Part shown: positions 1 to 12,019 of the stretch, piece after piece
Position numbering within the stretch: position 1 is the first letter of the stretch
How the letters are laid out: every line of letters starts with the position of its first letter
Position numbers and translations under genes: made by a program
The notes under the pieces: generated by a model
What the model was told of the DNA's origin: nothing
Seen by the model: the letters and a program-made list of their open reading frames with translations, nothing else
Database searches by the model: none
From: Squalus acanthias
Lineage: Eukaryota
DNA length: 64,000 nucleotides
Assembly (NCBI GenBank): GCA_030390025.1
Contig: CM059432.1
Location: 46,440,001-46,504,000 of the forward strand
Direction: 5' to 3'

Positions 1-519
1 ACTTGTATTCCTAGATACCAGAGTAAAACAGTCTGCCTGTTTCAATAACTTATTGTAAAAAGGAAAATAAAAGTTTATAAAACATCAGATGCACATTTTA
101 TGGATTGTGAATAAGCTATAACCATTCCAGGTACACCTTTTTGACACATACCCAACACAGCTCAAGACATTTACAGCATCTGTTAAACACAAAAGCAGAT
201 TAGTGAGAAATCACAAGTGGATTAAGATTGTGCTGTGCAATAGTAGTAACAAACATGTTAGCATGTTCTACGAAATTCCTCTATCTTCTACTTTAACAAA
301 GATAGTAATATATAAATGGGTTACAATAGAAGAAAAACAACTTCATAAACTTTAATAAATTTACTACTAATATCACAGTGTAATTCCAAACTAAAGGATT
401 CACCACGGTTACTGTTGCAGCTGAAGAGGTGAAAGTTAGATAGTGCTGGTTGCTTTCTCTGATGCTGGCTGGCATTTATTTTAAAGTTAACTCCGTTTGA
501 ATACCTGATAATGAAAAAT

Positions 520-680
520 GAGTACTTAGAATGTCCCAGACTGCTTCACAGCCATATCATTACTTTTAAGTGTAGTCACTCTTGTTATGTAGACAACCAC
601 GATAGCCAGTTTGCACACAGCAATGAACTAGTTACTCTGGTTCTTGGTGGTATTGAGGAATAAATGTTGGCCTGGTCATT
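520..680 (-). mobile_element. Degenerate DeuSINE-like (SacSINE/AmnSINE-type) fragment
   Basis: gaggaataaatgttggcc and tagccagtttgcacacagca resemble the reverse Deu core as remembered; related to 6345-6632. Confidence 0.5.
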
Positions 681-804
681 GAAGGTTTATAAACTAACTA
701 AAAATAGAAATTGAAAATGTCAGACTATGACTCCTAAGTGAATAGTGTTTATTTTTCCCCCTTTTCTCTCAAATGTATGGAATCATGCTTAGATACAGTT
801 CCAC

Positions 805-1145
805 AGGCACTAGCTGCCCTGCAGTACCTCACCCAAGTATCCACGCTTCATGTGTGAGGCTAGAAAGTGAGTATTGACAGGCTATTCAACTGCAGGAACC
901 ATCACAGGCAAATCCACTCATAGCCTCACTCAACGTGCACACACATACCCTTTCTAGGATGGATCACTGGATAGTAATCAAGAATGGGTACTTGCACTAA
1001 TTTTGCCCCTCCCTAGCTCAGGAACAGTGAGGTTAATACCAGCGGCCCTGCATTTGTCCCAGCTGAGATTAGTCAACCCAGATGGAACTTTGATGGTCTG
1101 TCTGGCTCAGTCCACAGTGAGCAGTGCATTTTCCACCTGAGCCAT
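805..1145 (-). mobile_element. Old SINE family with tRNA-like head; other copies at ~11755-11975 (+), ~41430-41660 (-), ~48100-48300 (-)
   Basis: Shared blocks cagctgagat(t/c)ag, ggatcactggatagtaatcaag / ttcactggattgtggtcaggag, gtctgt(c/a)tggctcag recur among copies; the minus strand starts tggctcagg like an A box. Confidence 0.55.
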
Positions 1146-1156
1146 TTTGAGAGTGT

Positions 1157-1801
1157 GGGCTAAATTTTAATGGGGAAGGCGGCTTGGGAGCAGGGGGCGG
1201 GGTGGGGGGGCTCCGAGGCGGTCGGGTAACCCGGGAGAGCGGGTATCCCACAGATCCTGCCAACTTTAACAGCAGAGCCTGATTTGAATGGGAAGCCTCT
1301 GTTTCCCATCCACAGCCAGCCAGATTGAGAGGAGGGATCGGAGGCCTGGGGCGGGGTGGGGGTGGGGGGGGGTAGGGGGAAGGCCTCGTGGAGGGATCGG
1401 ATGCCTAGGGGGAGGGAGGCCTTGTGGAAGGATCAGAGGCCGGGGGGGAGGTGTGGTGGTCTCCGGTCACGAGGGGTGGGTTAGGCAGGGATCCTGGATC
1501 CAGGAGGTTGGTGTAAAAGCACTTACCTCCTGGATCTAGCAGTCCTCACCTTGCGGGTTTGCAAAACACAACAGTTAAAACACAAAATGTAGGTTAAAGA
1601 AGAGGCTTCCAGCCTCGTTATAATATTTAAATAGATGGCCCGCCTCCTGGCTGCAGGTTGGCTGCCCGCCCCTGTCCCGCCTCCGTTAAATCCAAAAGTG
1701 GGCGGGTTGGAGGCGGGTTCAGGTCGGGATTCCGATTTTTAACACTTAAACTACCCCCACGCCCCCAACCCACCCATTTTTTTAGGTTATAATTCCCCCC
1801 C
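1157..1801. mobile_element. GC-rich Harbinger-type MITE (family C)
   Basis: Ends gggctaaattttaa ... ttataattccccc; both ends closely match 22086-23038; G-rich variable interior. Confidence 0.75.
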
Positions 1802-2124
1802 GTGTGAGTGTGTTTTACCAAATCGCACTTGCTACCACTTTAACATCCCAATTTCTCAGTTGCCTTCGGTATAACAGGTTACATCTTCTGTTATTTTAAT
1901 AACACGTCAAATGGCAATAAGTTAAAATGTGAAAAGTACAAAAAGACAAAGCTTGTAGAAAATCTTCTACTTTAAATAAAGAGCATTGCCTTTAACACCA
2001 GAGAAACGAGAAGGTGCAGAGCAAGCATACTGCAGTAATCTCATACACTAGGCACAAATGATGCTAAGGAAACGTTTTGTTTAATTTAATGAAAGACCAC
2101 CTCATGACAGCTCGGATTTATTTT

Positions 2125-2910
2125 TACAGTGGGTTGAGTTGAAGTAAGGTGGGAGGAGACGCATGTGGAGCATACACACCGACATAGTCCTTTTTGGGCT
2201 GAGTGGCCTGTTTCTATTCTGTCACATTCTATGTAAATGCTGAAATGTGGTGCATGATTTTCAAAGTGATGCTATGGTATGCTGGGAATATGCCATGTGC
2301 AATCCCGATCTCTTCTTCAACAGATGGCGCTTTCCTTGTGAGCATGGAGCTATATAGTTACAGCACAGAGGCAGGCTCATAAAGTCTGTGCCAATGGTTT
2401 TTTTCTACATGAGTCACCTATTCTAATCCCACCCTCCTGCATGCTCCCCATATACACTATCTCAATATTCCTCTTTACAGGCAACCATCTAATTAGCTTT
2501 TAAAATAAATCTGCCTCAACAATAATTTGTGGCAGAGATTTTCATATTATAATCACATCCTTGCAAGGACGTTTTTCTAACCTTCCCTTCAATTATTGTG
2601 ATTATCTTAAATTTGTGCCCTCTCATTATCGCGTTGTTGACCACTATTCACTGTATCATAATCCTTCATAATTTTTAAGACCTGTGTCAGGTCACCCCTT
2701 TACCTTCTCAGCTCCAGCAAAAAAAAGCCTCTTTTTGGAACTGTTACCCTTCATTCCCTGGTAACATCCTAGTGAATCTATCTGTATTTTTTCCATTCCT
2801 TTTATATTCTTCCCATAATGGGATTCCTAAAACTGTAACTGCAGTCTAATTAAGGTCATATACAAGTTTAACATTACCTCCATGCTTTCATGTTGTAAGC
2901 CCCTAGATAC
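2125..2910. mobile_element. Two decayed CR1 3' fragments (2125-2237 +, ~2355-2910 -)
   Basis: gggctgagtggcctgtttct...ttctatgtaa tail; ttcataatttttaagacc...ggtcacccc matches the other CR1 copies (e.g. 43330-43365). Confidence 0.6.
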
Positions 2911-3377
2911 AAATTTGTACCGATGACACTGCCAAAAAATGCAGCATCACTTGGCACTGTTTTCATTATAGAACATGATTTCTAGCATTAAGTGCTGCTA
3001 AAAAAGCTTTACAAATAATCTAGCAACCGCTTGGGACAAACTAGGTTATGCAACAACACAATATAATAAATATTAAAGTAAAACCTCTGATTGGTGAAGT
3101 TCACATTTGAACAATTAAACACTTGTTCCTATATTCCTGTGCACACTATTTTTACACAGGCATTAACCCATTTGTTCTGAAATTGTGCACACGGGAACTT
3201 AACATGTGAACTTCGTCAGTCAGAAATTTTACTCTATTATTATCTAATTCATTGTACTTCAGACTGATATTTATTTGGAGTGATCTGTCTACCAAAGGGA
3301 AAAACATGGATCCAGGAGCAGTGGAGTTCTTACTTCTTTGTCTATTTTACTGATTCCTATGTTGTATTACACTACAA

Positions 3378-5021
3378 ACTTTTGAGGGCAGCCAAATTTG
3401 AGCAGGACACTCCATAATCCCTCATGGTTGACAGTGTCAAAGGCCTTTGTGAGGTCAAAGAAGACCATGTACAGCAGTTGGTGTTGTTCCCTGCATTTCT
3501 CTTGTAGTTGACGCGCGGTGAAGATCATGTCCATTGTGCCCCTTAGTGGGCGGAATCCGCATTACGACTCTGGGAGGAGCTCTTCAGCCACTAGGAGAAG
3601 GCAATTGAGGAGGATTCTTGCGATGACTTTCCCTGTGGCAGACAGCAGGGAGACTCCTCTGTAACTACCGCAATCGGACTTGTCACCTTTCTTGAAGATG
3701 GTCACGATTACGGCGTCTCTGAGATCCCCTGGCAGGCTCTCCTCCTTCCAAATAACCATCCTCCACCTGCTTCACGACGACATGCAAGCCGTGATCCTGA
3801 TCAACGGATCCACCACAGACCCAATTCACGTACGGACCGGTGTCAAGCAAGGCTGTGTCATCGCACCAACGCACTTCTTGATCTTCCTGGCTGCAATGCT
3901 CCATCTCACCCTCAAGCTCCCCACTGGAGTGGAGCTAATCTACAGAACAAACGGGAAACTGTTCAACCTCCGTCGCCTCCAGTCCAAATCCAAGGTCGTC
4001 CCATCCTCTGTCATCGAATTACAGTATGCAGACGACGCTTGCATCTGCGCAAACTCTGAGGCCGAACAACCATTGTCAACACCTTCACCAAAGCGTACGA
4101 GAGCATGGACCTTACACTAAACATCCGTAAGACAAAGGTCCTCTACCAACCTGCCCCCGCCACACAGTACTGCTCCCCGATTATCAAAATCCATGACGAG
4201 GCCTTGGACAACGTGGACAAATTTCCATACCTCGGGAGCCTCCTGTCAACACAGGGCAGATGTCGATGACGAAGTCCAACACTGCCTTCAGTGTGCCAGT
4301 GCAGCCTTCGGTCGCCTGAGGAAGAGAGTGTTTGAAGACCAGGACCTCAAACCCAGCACCAAGCTCATGGTCTACAGAGCAGTAGTGATACCCGCCCTCC
4401 TGTATGCTTCAGAGACATGGACCATGTACAGCAGGCACCTCAAAGCACTGGAGAGGTACCACCAATGCTGCCTTCGCAAGATTCTGCAAATCCATTGGCA
4501 GGATAGGCACACCAATGTCAGTGTTCTCGCTCAGGCCAACATCCCCAGCATCGAAGCTTTGACCACGCTCGATCAGCTCCGATGGATGGGCCACATCGTC
4601 CGCATGCCCGATACAAGACTCCCAAAACAAGCACTCTACTCGGAGCTCCGACACGGCAAGAGAGCCCCAGGTGGACAGAGGAAACGCTTCAAGACACCCT
4701 CAAAGCCTCCTTGAAAAAGTGCAACAACCCCACCGACACCTGGGAATCCCTGGCTCAAGACCACACAAAGTGGAGGAGAAGCATCCGGGAAGGCGCCGAA
4801 CACCTCGAGTCTCTTCGCCAGGGAGCAAGCGGAAGCCAAGCGCAAACAGCAGAAGGAGCGCATGTCAACCCAAGCACCCCACTCACCCGCCCCTTCAACC
4901 ACCGTCTGCCCCACCTGTGACAGAGACTAGGTTCCGCATTGGACTCATCAGTCCCCTGAGAACTCATTTTTAGTGTGGAAGCAATTCATCCTCGGTTCCG
5001 AGAGACTGCCTAAGAAGAAGA
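3378..5021 (+). mobile_element. RTE-clade LINE, 5'-truncated with 5' inversion (3378-3753 inverted)
   Basis: RT motifs GVKQGCVIAP, YADD, ALLYASETWT, QLRWMGHIVRM on +. Upstream RT (YRGVSLLS...FFDLTKAFDTVN...KFGCPQKFV) on -. (AAG)n tail and 12-bp TSD attacactacaa at 3366-3377 and 5022-5033. Confidence 0.92.
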
Positions 5022-5473
5022 ATTACACTACAACTGTACAGTGCTACTCTTTTATGGCCCTTTCTGATGAGATCGTATCACTCCCAAGAACCACATTTTG
5101 AGAAACCCAAAAGTATTGGTGTTGATACAGTTTCAATCATGATTAAAGCTCCATTTCCTGTGAAGAGCTCCTCTTCCATCAATGATGAAAGATAAGTTGC
5201 CTTCATCACAATTTCACAGCCATTGTTGAATTAATGATTAAGGTTAAAAAAGAAGGTCGACTGGAGATGTGTAAGATACTTTCATGGTATCTCCATCATG
5301 TAGGTTTGAGCACATCAGCCCATCTCCGGAGAGGGTACAGTGACTGTTAATTAGTCAGACAACACATCAGAACAGCGCAAGAGTCTCTCTGCAGCAGCCT
5401 GTTTGGCCCATTCTATAGGTTGGAGCAAGATGCTGTGTGAGTTGTATGACATGTTTCAACTTTTCAACTTTAT

Positions 5474-6213
5474 GGGCTGGATTTTCCGATCGGAGGCTTC
5501 CTACGGGCGGATGCCTCCGATCGGAAAAAATCTACGAACTTACCTGTTGGCTCCGTATGTCCCGAGACTTGCGATCCTGGGCCCTCTGCTCTATGAAATG
5601 CGCAGAGGCCCAGGTATCCCAGGGGCACATGCGGTTTGCAAATATCCCTGGGATCATGTGAGCCATGGGGAACCAATCAAAGAAGGGAATCCCCTTCACA
5701 CTTTTGACAGGTCTCTACTGACAGATCTGTCAAAAGTATGAATGGGGATCACTTAAAAAACAGTTAAACATTAAAAAATAAATTAAATCACGTATTTAAA
5801 ATGAGTTAAAATTACATTAAATTAAATATTTTAAACAAAAATTTAATTTTTTGACATAATTAAAGTTTTTTACAGGGCTAAAAATAAACTTACCTTTTTT
5901 AAAAGTATTTTAAAACTATAAATAAGTGAAAAAAAATTATATTTTTATTTTATTAAACTCTTATGCTGGTAAAAGCAGGCCTTACGCCTGCTTTTGCCAG
6001 GCGTAAGATTTTTAAAGGCTTTCAGCGGACGGAAGTTGTGCAGAAAGCGGAACTCTCTGCCCGCGGAGGCCCATCCCCCGGGCAATTCTTGACAGATCGG
6101 AAGTGCCAGGTTTTAGTGCATGCGCTTCACATGCCTAAACCCGGCACTTGCGAGGCCCCTACCAGGTGCGTACACACCTCGTACGCACCCGTAGGGGTTG
6201 GAAAATCTGGCCC
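5474..6213. mobile_element. Harbinger-type MITE, distant relative of family A
   Basis: TIR gggctggattttcc / ggaaaatctggccc; flanks tat/aat; same layout as family A (GC arms, tgacag hairpin, AT core with aaataaacttacc). Confidence 0.8.
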
Positions 6214-6344
6214 AATTCTGTGTGTTAGCTTGACTACATTGATAGTAATCTCACCTCTACTTCAGCGAATTGTAGATTCAAGACCTACACCAGTGTTTGA
6301 GGCTGACCCTATTACATGGGTACTTAGGAAGCGCTACCTTTTCA

Positions 6345-6632
6345 GAGGTGTGGTTATTCAGAAAGAAGTTAAACAAAGATTCTTTCTATTGGTTCAGGTA
6401 GATGTTAAAGATCCCTTGTCAATATTTGAAGAAGAGCAGGTAGTTCTTGGGTATTCTGGCCAGTGTTTTCCCTTAGCCAATGGGGAAAAAGGCAGCTTAA
6501 CTGGACATTCATCTCATTGCTATTTGTGGGACATTTCTGGTGTAGAATACATGTCCCTATTTGCTTAGCTAAGAATGGATACTGCAGTTTTAAAGTATGA
6601 AATTACTTGAGATGTTTTGATGTCATAAATGC
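6345..6632 (+). mobile_element. DeuSINE-like element (SacSINE1/AmnSINE1 core)
   Basis: caggtagatgttaaagatccc...tatttgaagaagagcagg...tggccagtgttttccct matches the remembered Deu core; ends ataaatgcaa. Confidence 0.65.
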
Positions 6633-7105
6633 AAATATACATTTTTTATTTTATGATTAATACCACAGCAAGTTATTATATTTAATATGGATATTCAAAA
6701 AAATTCAGTAATAACTGGCTCTCCAAATTTTCTTAGTTTCTTTTAGTTTCCAAAACTTGAAGAAACTGCAAGAAAATTAAGGCAGCTGAATCTTGCTGGA
6801 AAACTCAGAAGTCTCCACAAATATGGCAAATTCCCATCTTCCACAGAGTTGGTCACAACTTTTCTTGGGGCAGTGAATTTAAAAAAAACTCCGAAAAAAT
6901 ATTTCTTCTTCAAAAGTAAGATAAGGATATTTATGAGGTTACACATATCAATTAGCGATCTTTTGATTTTCAGTAGTTCTAAAGTCCAGGCCAGCTGTCA
7001 ATTGGCCAAGAGAAGCCAAAAGAAATGCTGTTATAGTTTACCAATGTCACAGGCCTGAACCGCTTTTAATCAAGGTTGTCATTTTCTTTCTTATTTTACC
7101 TACAG

Positions 7106-7409
7106 CATTAAGAACTTCACTCCTAAAGTAGGAAAACTTGAAACACACAGAGCGATACGCCGTGCCTTTGATGTGTGGCAGAATGTAACTCCCCTGACAT
7201 TTGAAGAAATACCATATGAGGAGTTGGAAAACAAGAAGAGGAATGTGGACATTACAATTATGTTTGCTTCTGGTTTCCATGGCGACAGCTCACCTTTTGA
7301 TGGGGAAGGGGGCTTCCTTGCACACGCTTATTTCCAGGACCTGGTATTGGGGGCGACACTCACTTCGACTCTGACGAACCATGGACATTAGGAAACCCAA
7401 ATCATGATG
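7106..7409 (+). CDS. MMP16: Matrix metalloproteinase-16 (MT3-MMP) catalytic-domain exon (equivalent to exon 4); one base missing near 7331-7335
   Basis: Acceptor ttattttacctacAG and donor G|GTAAGA. Translation (S)IKNFTPKVGKLETHRAIRRAFDVWQNVTPLTFEEIPYEELENKKRNVDITIMFASGFHGDSSPFDGEGGFLAHAYF[P]GPGIGGDTHFDSDEPWTLGNPNHD(G) includes the MT-loop and the GNPNHDG characteristic of MMP16. 304 nt, whereas phase 2 to phase 1 needs 305. Confidence 0.95.
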
Positions 7410-8049
7410 GTAAGAACTTTTTTTTACAAAAATAATCCGTAGAATATATGAAAGTTCTATATACATACAGACCGTATTAGAATTGAAAGAATAATTGTGA
7501 CTCAGCTTATCTTTGTTTGAAGCCCTCTTGATGTGAATGAACATTACCTGAGTCCAGGAGAGAAATTGCTGGAACAGTAGGCTTGTATTAACAGATAGTT
7601 TATTATAGGAGCTGATACTATAAATACATTGGACACTGACATTATTACTTTACTCTTTAGAGACTACACTTAAAAAAAACAGCAAATCCAGGCCACAGCT
7701 GTTTCATTTCAAAGGATGCTGTAAATTAAGATGCATTACTCTGACATTTCTGTAATAATTACATATGATATATACCAAATCATATATTTTCCAGATTCAC
7801 TTTGCTAAATAACCCAGTAACACTTCAGAAAACTCATTGTGGGGCTTGCTACATACAGCAGCCAGAATAATTCTTCAGTGTTGTGTGAGGTCCTGTGAGA
7901 TGCAACTAAGCCCCTATTTTTTTACACTGAGAAAGGGCCAAGGCCCAAAGTGCAAGGCATCAACGAGGATGAAATAAACAGTGCAGGGCCAGGCCTTACA
8001 TACTGTTCGTTTTATATGGTGCAGCTTCCAAAGAGATGAATGTACTTAA

Positions 8050-8253
8050 AGAGGTAAATTTTGCTCTGTGGTGTAAAGTTAAAGACATATGCCATTAACT
8101 CCCAATCGCCTGTCATAACTTTGGTGGAAGATCCGCGGAACACTGGAGAAAAGGCGTAAGTGGTGCCTATGCCATTGTTCCTGAGTTTCATGGATCTTCC
8201 GCTGAAGTTACAGGGAATGTTCAAAGACCCGCCCCACCTCGCAAATTCAACCC
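8050..8253. mobile_element. Short MITE with Harbinger-like termini
   Basis: gaggtaaattttgc ... gcaaattcaacccc imperfect TIR. Confidence 0.5.
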
Positions 8254-8361
8254 CATACTCTTTGGATGAACTGGGAATTTTTTTTAATGATACTTTAGTA
8301 AAATAGTTATTCTGTAATCTTACGCATGGAACAAAATAAACTAGCAAAAACAAATAATGAA

Positions 8362-9432
8362 GTCCTGCACTTCTGCTCTCACCCCTTCCCCTCCCTCCCA
8401 GAAGCACAATAGGGTTCCCCTTGTCCTGACCTTTCACCCCACCAGCCTCCACATTCAACGGATCATCCTGCGCCATTTCCGTCACCTCCAGCGTGATCCC
8501 ACCACCAAACACATCTTCCCCTCACCTCCCCTTTCAGCATTCGAAGGGACTGCGCCCTCCGCGACACCCTGGTCCACTCCTCTATCACCCCCAACACCCC
8601 TTCCCCATCCCATGGCACCTTCCCGTGCAAGCGCAGGAGATGCAACACCTGCCCTTTTACCTCCTCCCTTCCCACTGTCCAGGACCCCAAACACTCCTTC
8701 CAGGTGAAACAGCGATTTACTTGTACTTCTTACAATTTAGTATATTGTATTCGCTGCTTACGATGTGGTCTCCTCTACATTGGGGAGACCAAACGCAGAT
8801 TAGGTGACCGCTTTGTGGAACACCTCCGTTCAGTCCGTAAGCGTGACCCCAAGCTTCCGGTCGCCTGTCAATTTAATTCTCCGCTCCACTCCCACTCTGA
8901 TCTCTCGGTCATCGGCCTCTTACACTGTTCCAATGAAGCTCAGCGTAAGCTCGAGGAACAGCACCTCATCTTTCGATTAGGCACTTTACAGCCTTCTGGA
9001 CTTAACATCGAGTTCAACAATTTCAGACTATAACCTTGTCCCCTATATTTTTTTTCATTTTTTTTCTCACATGGTAGCTGTTGATGATTCTGCCATCGCC
9101 ATTTACACCTCATCTAGAGTCATCTTTTGTTTCTTAACTTGTCCCATTACCTTCTCTTTTTGCCTTGCACCATCATCCCTTTTGTCAGTCAATCTCTCCT
9201 GCCTTCCAGCCTATCACAGTCCCTCCCTTTGTTCTTTCCTACCCTCCTTCCTGTCCCTGTCCCTGCACTTGCTTAAAAATCTCTCTTCTCTAACCTTTTC
9301 CAGTGCTGATGAAGGGTCCTCGACCCAAAACGTTAACTCCGTTTCTCTCTCCTCGATGCTGCCTGACCTGCTGAGTGTTTCTAGCATTTTCTGCTTTTAT
9401 TTCAGATTTCCAGCATCCACAGTATTCTGCTA
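8362..9432 (+). mobile_element. Penelope-like retroelement 3' part (linker, GIY-YIG endonuclease, pLTR/3' UTR)
   Basis: RVPLVLTFHP...PCKRRRCNTC...NLVYCIRCLRCGLLYIGETKRRLGDRFVEH...GLNIEFNNF* (8704-9033); one frameshift near 8545. Confidence 0.92.
9296..9350 (+). ncRNA. Hammerhead-ribozyme-like motif in Penelope pLTR, probably inactive
   Basis: CTGATGA-agggtc-ctc-gaccc-AAAA-cgttaactccgtttc; the conserved GAAA reads AAAA. Confidence 0.6.
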
Positions 9433-10064
9433 TTGTAATAATGAAGTCAATGTTTGTCTTCACCACCTGGCCAGTAATCTGTTGGAACGGATCACCTGCC
9501 TGTTGTAGAACCCACCCAAATTTTATTCCATTGTAATAAAAGAAATGAAAATCGGACAGATTGTATAGTGGGTGGCCAACTGCTCTGCCAGATTACCAGA
9601 GAAGACAAAAAATCTCCCCAATAAGTCTTTTCATTCTTAAAATATTACATTTAGGAAGATAGGAACAAGAGAAGGTGATTCAGCCCCTTGAACCTGTTCC
9701 GCCATTGAGTTAGATCATGGCTTATCTTGAGCATGCTCTTAAAATTAATGAGAATCCTCGCTAGTTTTGTTTGTAACTACCAGGAAGGAGGATAATTATT
9801 CTATGTCTTAGGTTTATCCCCATATAATTTAAGGCTTTTGAATCCAATGTTATTCCACATTAGTTTCATTTGCAATGCCAATCGATTGACTTTACTAATT
9901 TCATTACATGTCTGAAATCCTTGTTTGTTTTAGTTAGATGTGAAACCATTTTTGAGCCACTAAGTTCACTTGGTATATCAGAGCAAGAAAAGTGAAGAAA
10001 ACATTTATATGGAGGAGAGATGTTTATAAATTCATGGGAAATATTGTGTGTGTATATATATCAT

Positions 10065-10821
10065 GGCCCAAAAATTCGTCCGTTCTCGGGTGAGTACTCA
10101 GTGCGTACTCACCCGTATTCATTCCCGAAGTGCCGGTTTCCTGCATGCACTGCGCATGCGCGGGAAACCGGCACTTCCGGTATGGCGAAGGGGGCGGTTC
10201 CTAGGTGAACTGTGTGTGCACTAGAGGTTGCGCGCACGCAGCACACTTAGGTTTTTTTTCAGGTTTCAACGCGAGGGTAAGTATTGAAGATTCTACACAA
10301 GTAAAAAGGAGGCATAAGACCCCTTTTGAACAAGGTAAGTAGTTAATTAAGTATAATTTTAAATTTTTTTCAACAGGTTTATCTTTTTTAGAGACTTTAA
10401 AGAAAGGTAAGTTTATTTTTATAACTTTTAAAAAGTATTTTAATTTTTTCAAAAATTTAAATTTTTGTTTAAAGTGGTTAATTTATTTAACTATAGTTAT
10501 TTTATTAATGTGATGGTTATTTTTTAAATTTATTTGAGGTTTAGCTGTTCTTTTGGGGCCGATTTCAATTCACAGATTTGACAGGTCAAATCTATGAATG
10601 AAAGATGGTCTGCTGCCATTGGCTCTCCATGGCCCACGTGATCCCAGGGGTCGCATCGCACTAACTGCGCCCCTGGAACACGCACACACTGCGCGCCGGC
10701 ACTAGAGAGAGGCCCAGGACCCGAAGTTCCTGCGGGGGCAAACAAGGACGGCAGACGCGGTAGGTGATATCGCGTGTGATCCTTACCCCCGCAGCAAGCC
10801 TCTGAATCGAATTTCTAGGCC
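10065..10821 (+). mobile_element. Harbinger-type MITE family A, copy 1
   Basis: TIR ggcccaaaaattcg / cgaatttctaggcc; near-identical along its length to 44613-45376 and to the reverse complement of 13668-14428. Confidence 0.9.
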
Positions 10822-10927
10822 AATGTGTAGATAATATATATAAAAATAGAAGAAAGCACATATCAATATAAATGTGATTGTGGTCACATCCAGTAAGTCA
10901 TGTCAGGTTCTAGTCAAACAATCTTAG

Positions 10928-11086
10928 AGGCGTAATTTTAACTTAATCTGCCCAGTGGGAAACTGACGAGGTTGTGCCGGGCGCAGGTTTGACTTCAATG
11001 GAGAGTAAAATTGGATGGGGTGTAAAACGGGTGCCCAACATGATCCCACCAGTTCCTGCCAGATGAGTTAGGTAAAAATGACCCCC
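10928..11086. mobile_element. Short MITE
   Basis: aggcgtaattttaac ... ggtaaaaatgacccc; related fragment at ~27430-27525. Confidence 0.5.
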
Positions 11087-12019
11087 GTAGACGCCAATCA
11101 GAGGACTTTTAATTATTTTAAGCATATTGACAACTAGAATATACTGCAGACAATGATTAAGTTTGATGTGTTAAAACCAAGGGAGGGAACAGTAACTCCA
11201 GAAATAAAATGTGCCTTGTTGAAAATGTAAATTGAGGAGCTTGCCCAAAATAATTGAACCTGGTATTATTTGTTTCCTGAATATAAAACACATACAAATC
11301 ATGAGTACTATTATACAGATATGAAGGAATGCTGTACCAAACTGTCTCCGGTGAGCTGTTCAATTTATCCTATTATATTCTCAAATAAGCAGGCAGCGTT
11401 TCCTTTACTACCACGTAGCACTTCCATGATGGAATTTCTGTCTGTTTCATTTAGAAAATTATCATTATCAGTGTTCATTTGTGTGACATTATTTACTGCC
11501 TCATTGAACTATTATCACACATGCCCCATGAGATTAATGCCGTAAATTAGGGGAGCTCACCAAAACAAATGAAGTAAGGTAACCCTGCCCGAGGTTTTGT
11601 AAAAATATCCATTTTAAGAATGATTGCTGTGAATATTAGTACTTTCATGGTATAAACTGTGTGCAACAGGGTTGAATGCCCAAAAAATGTCAGATCAATA
11701 GATCCATCACAAGCTAGATCGCTTGTCAAATATTTTTGGTACAAATGCTCTCAATGCCATACATGCTGGGAAAGTCCCAGGTTGAATCTGTGCTGAGTTA
11801 GCTGATCTCAGCTGGGGTGAGGTAGAGATTCTATAATTCACCATAGCACCTTGGGCTCGGGCAGGGAAAGAAGATCAGTCTGGGATGTGCTCCTAATGAT
11901 TATGCAGTGACTCTTGCTGAAGGTACACATGTGTATGTGGATGTCGAGTGAGGATGGTTAAATAGGCTGCTAACACTATCTGGGAAGAAAGGCCAGGAAG
12001 GCTACCTGTGGAAACTATG

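Noticed and set aside
1080..1145. tRNA gene
   Set aside because: Only a decayed A-box-like SINE head; no cloverleaf or intact B box.
5963..6568. 201-aa novel ORF
   Set aside because: Runs across a MITE end, unique DNA and a DeuSINE; no recognisable domain; most likely chance.
7173..7391. Short 72-aa MMP-like ORF as an independent gene or processed pseudogene
   Set aside because: It is part of a spliced MMP16 exon whose frame is cut by the one-base deficit.
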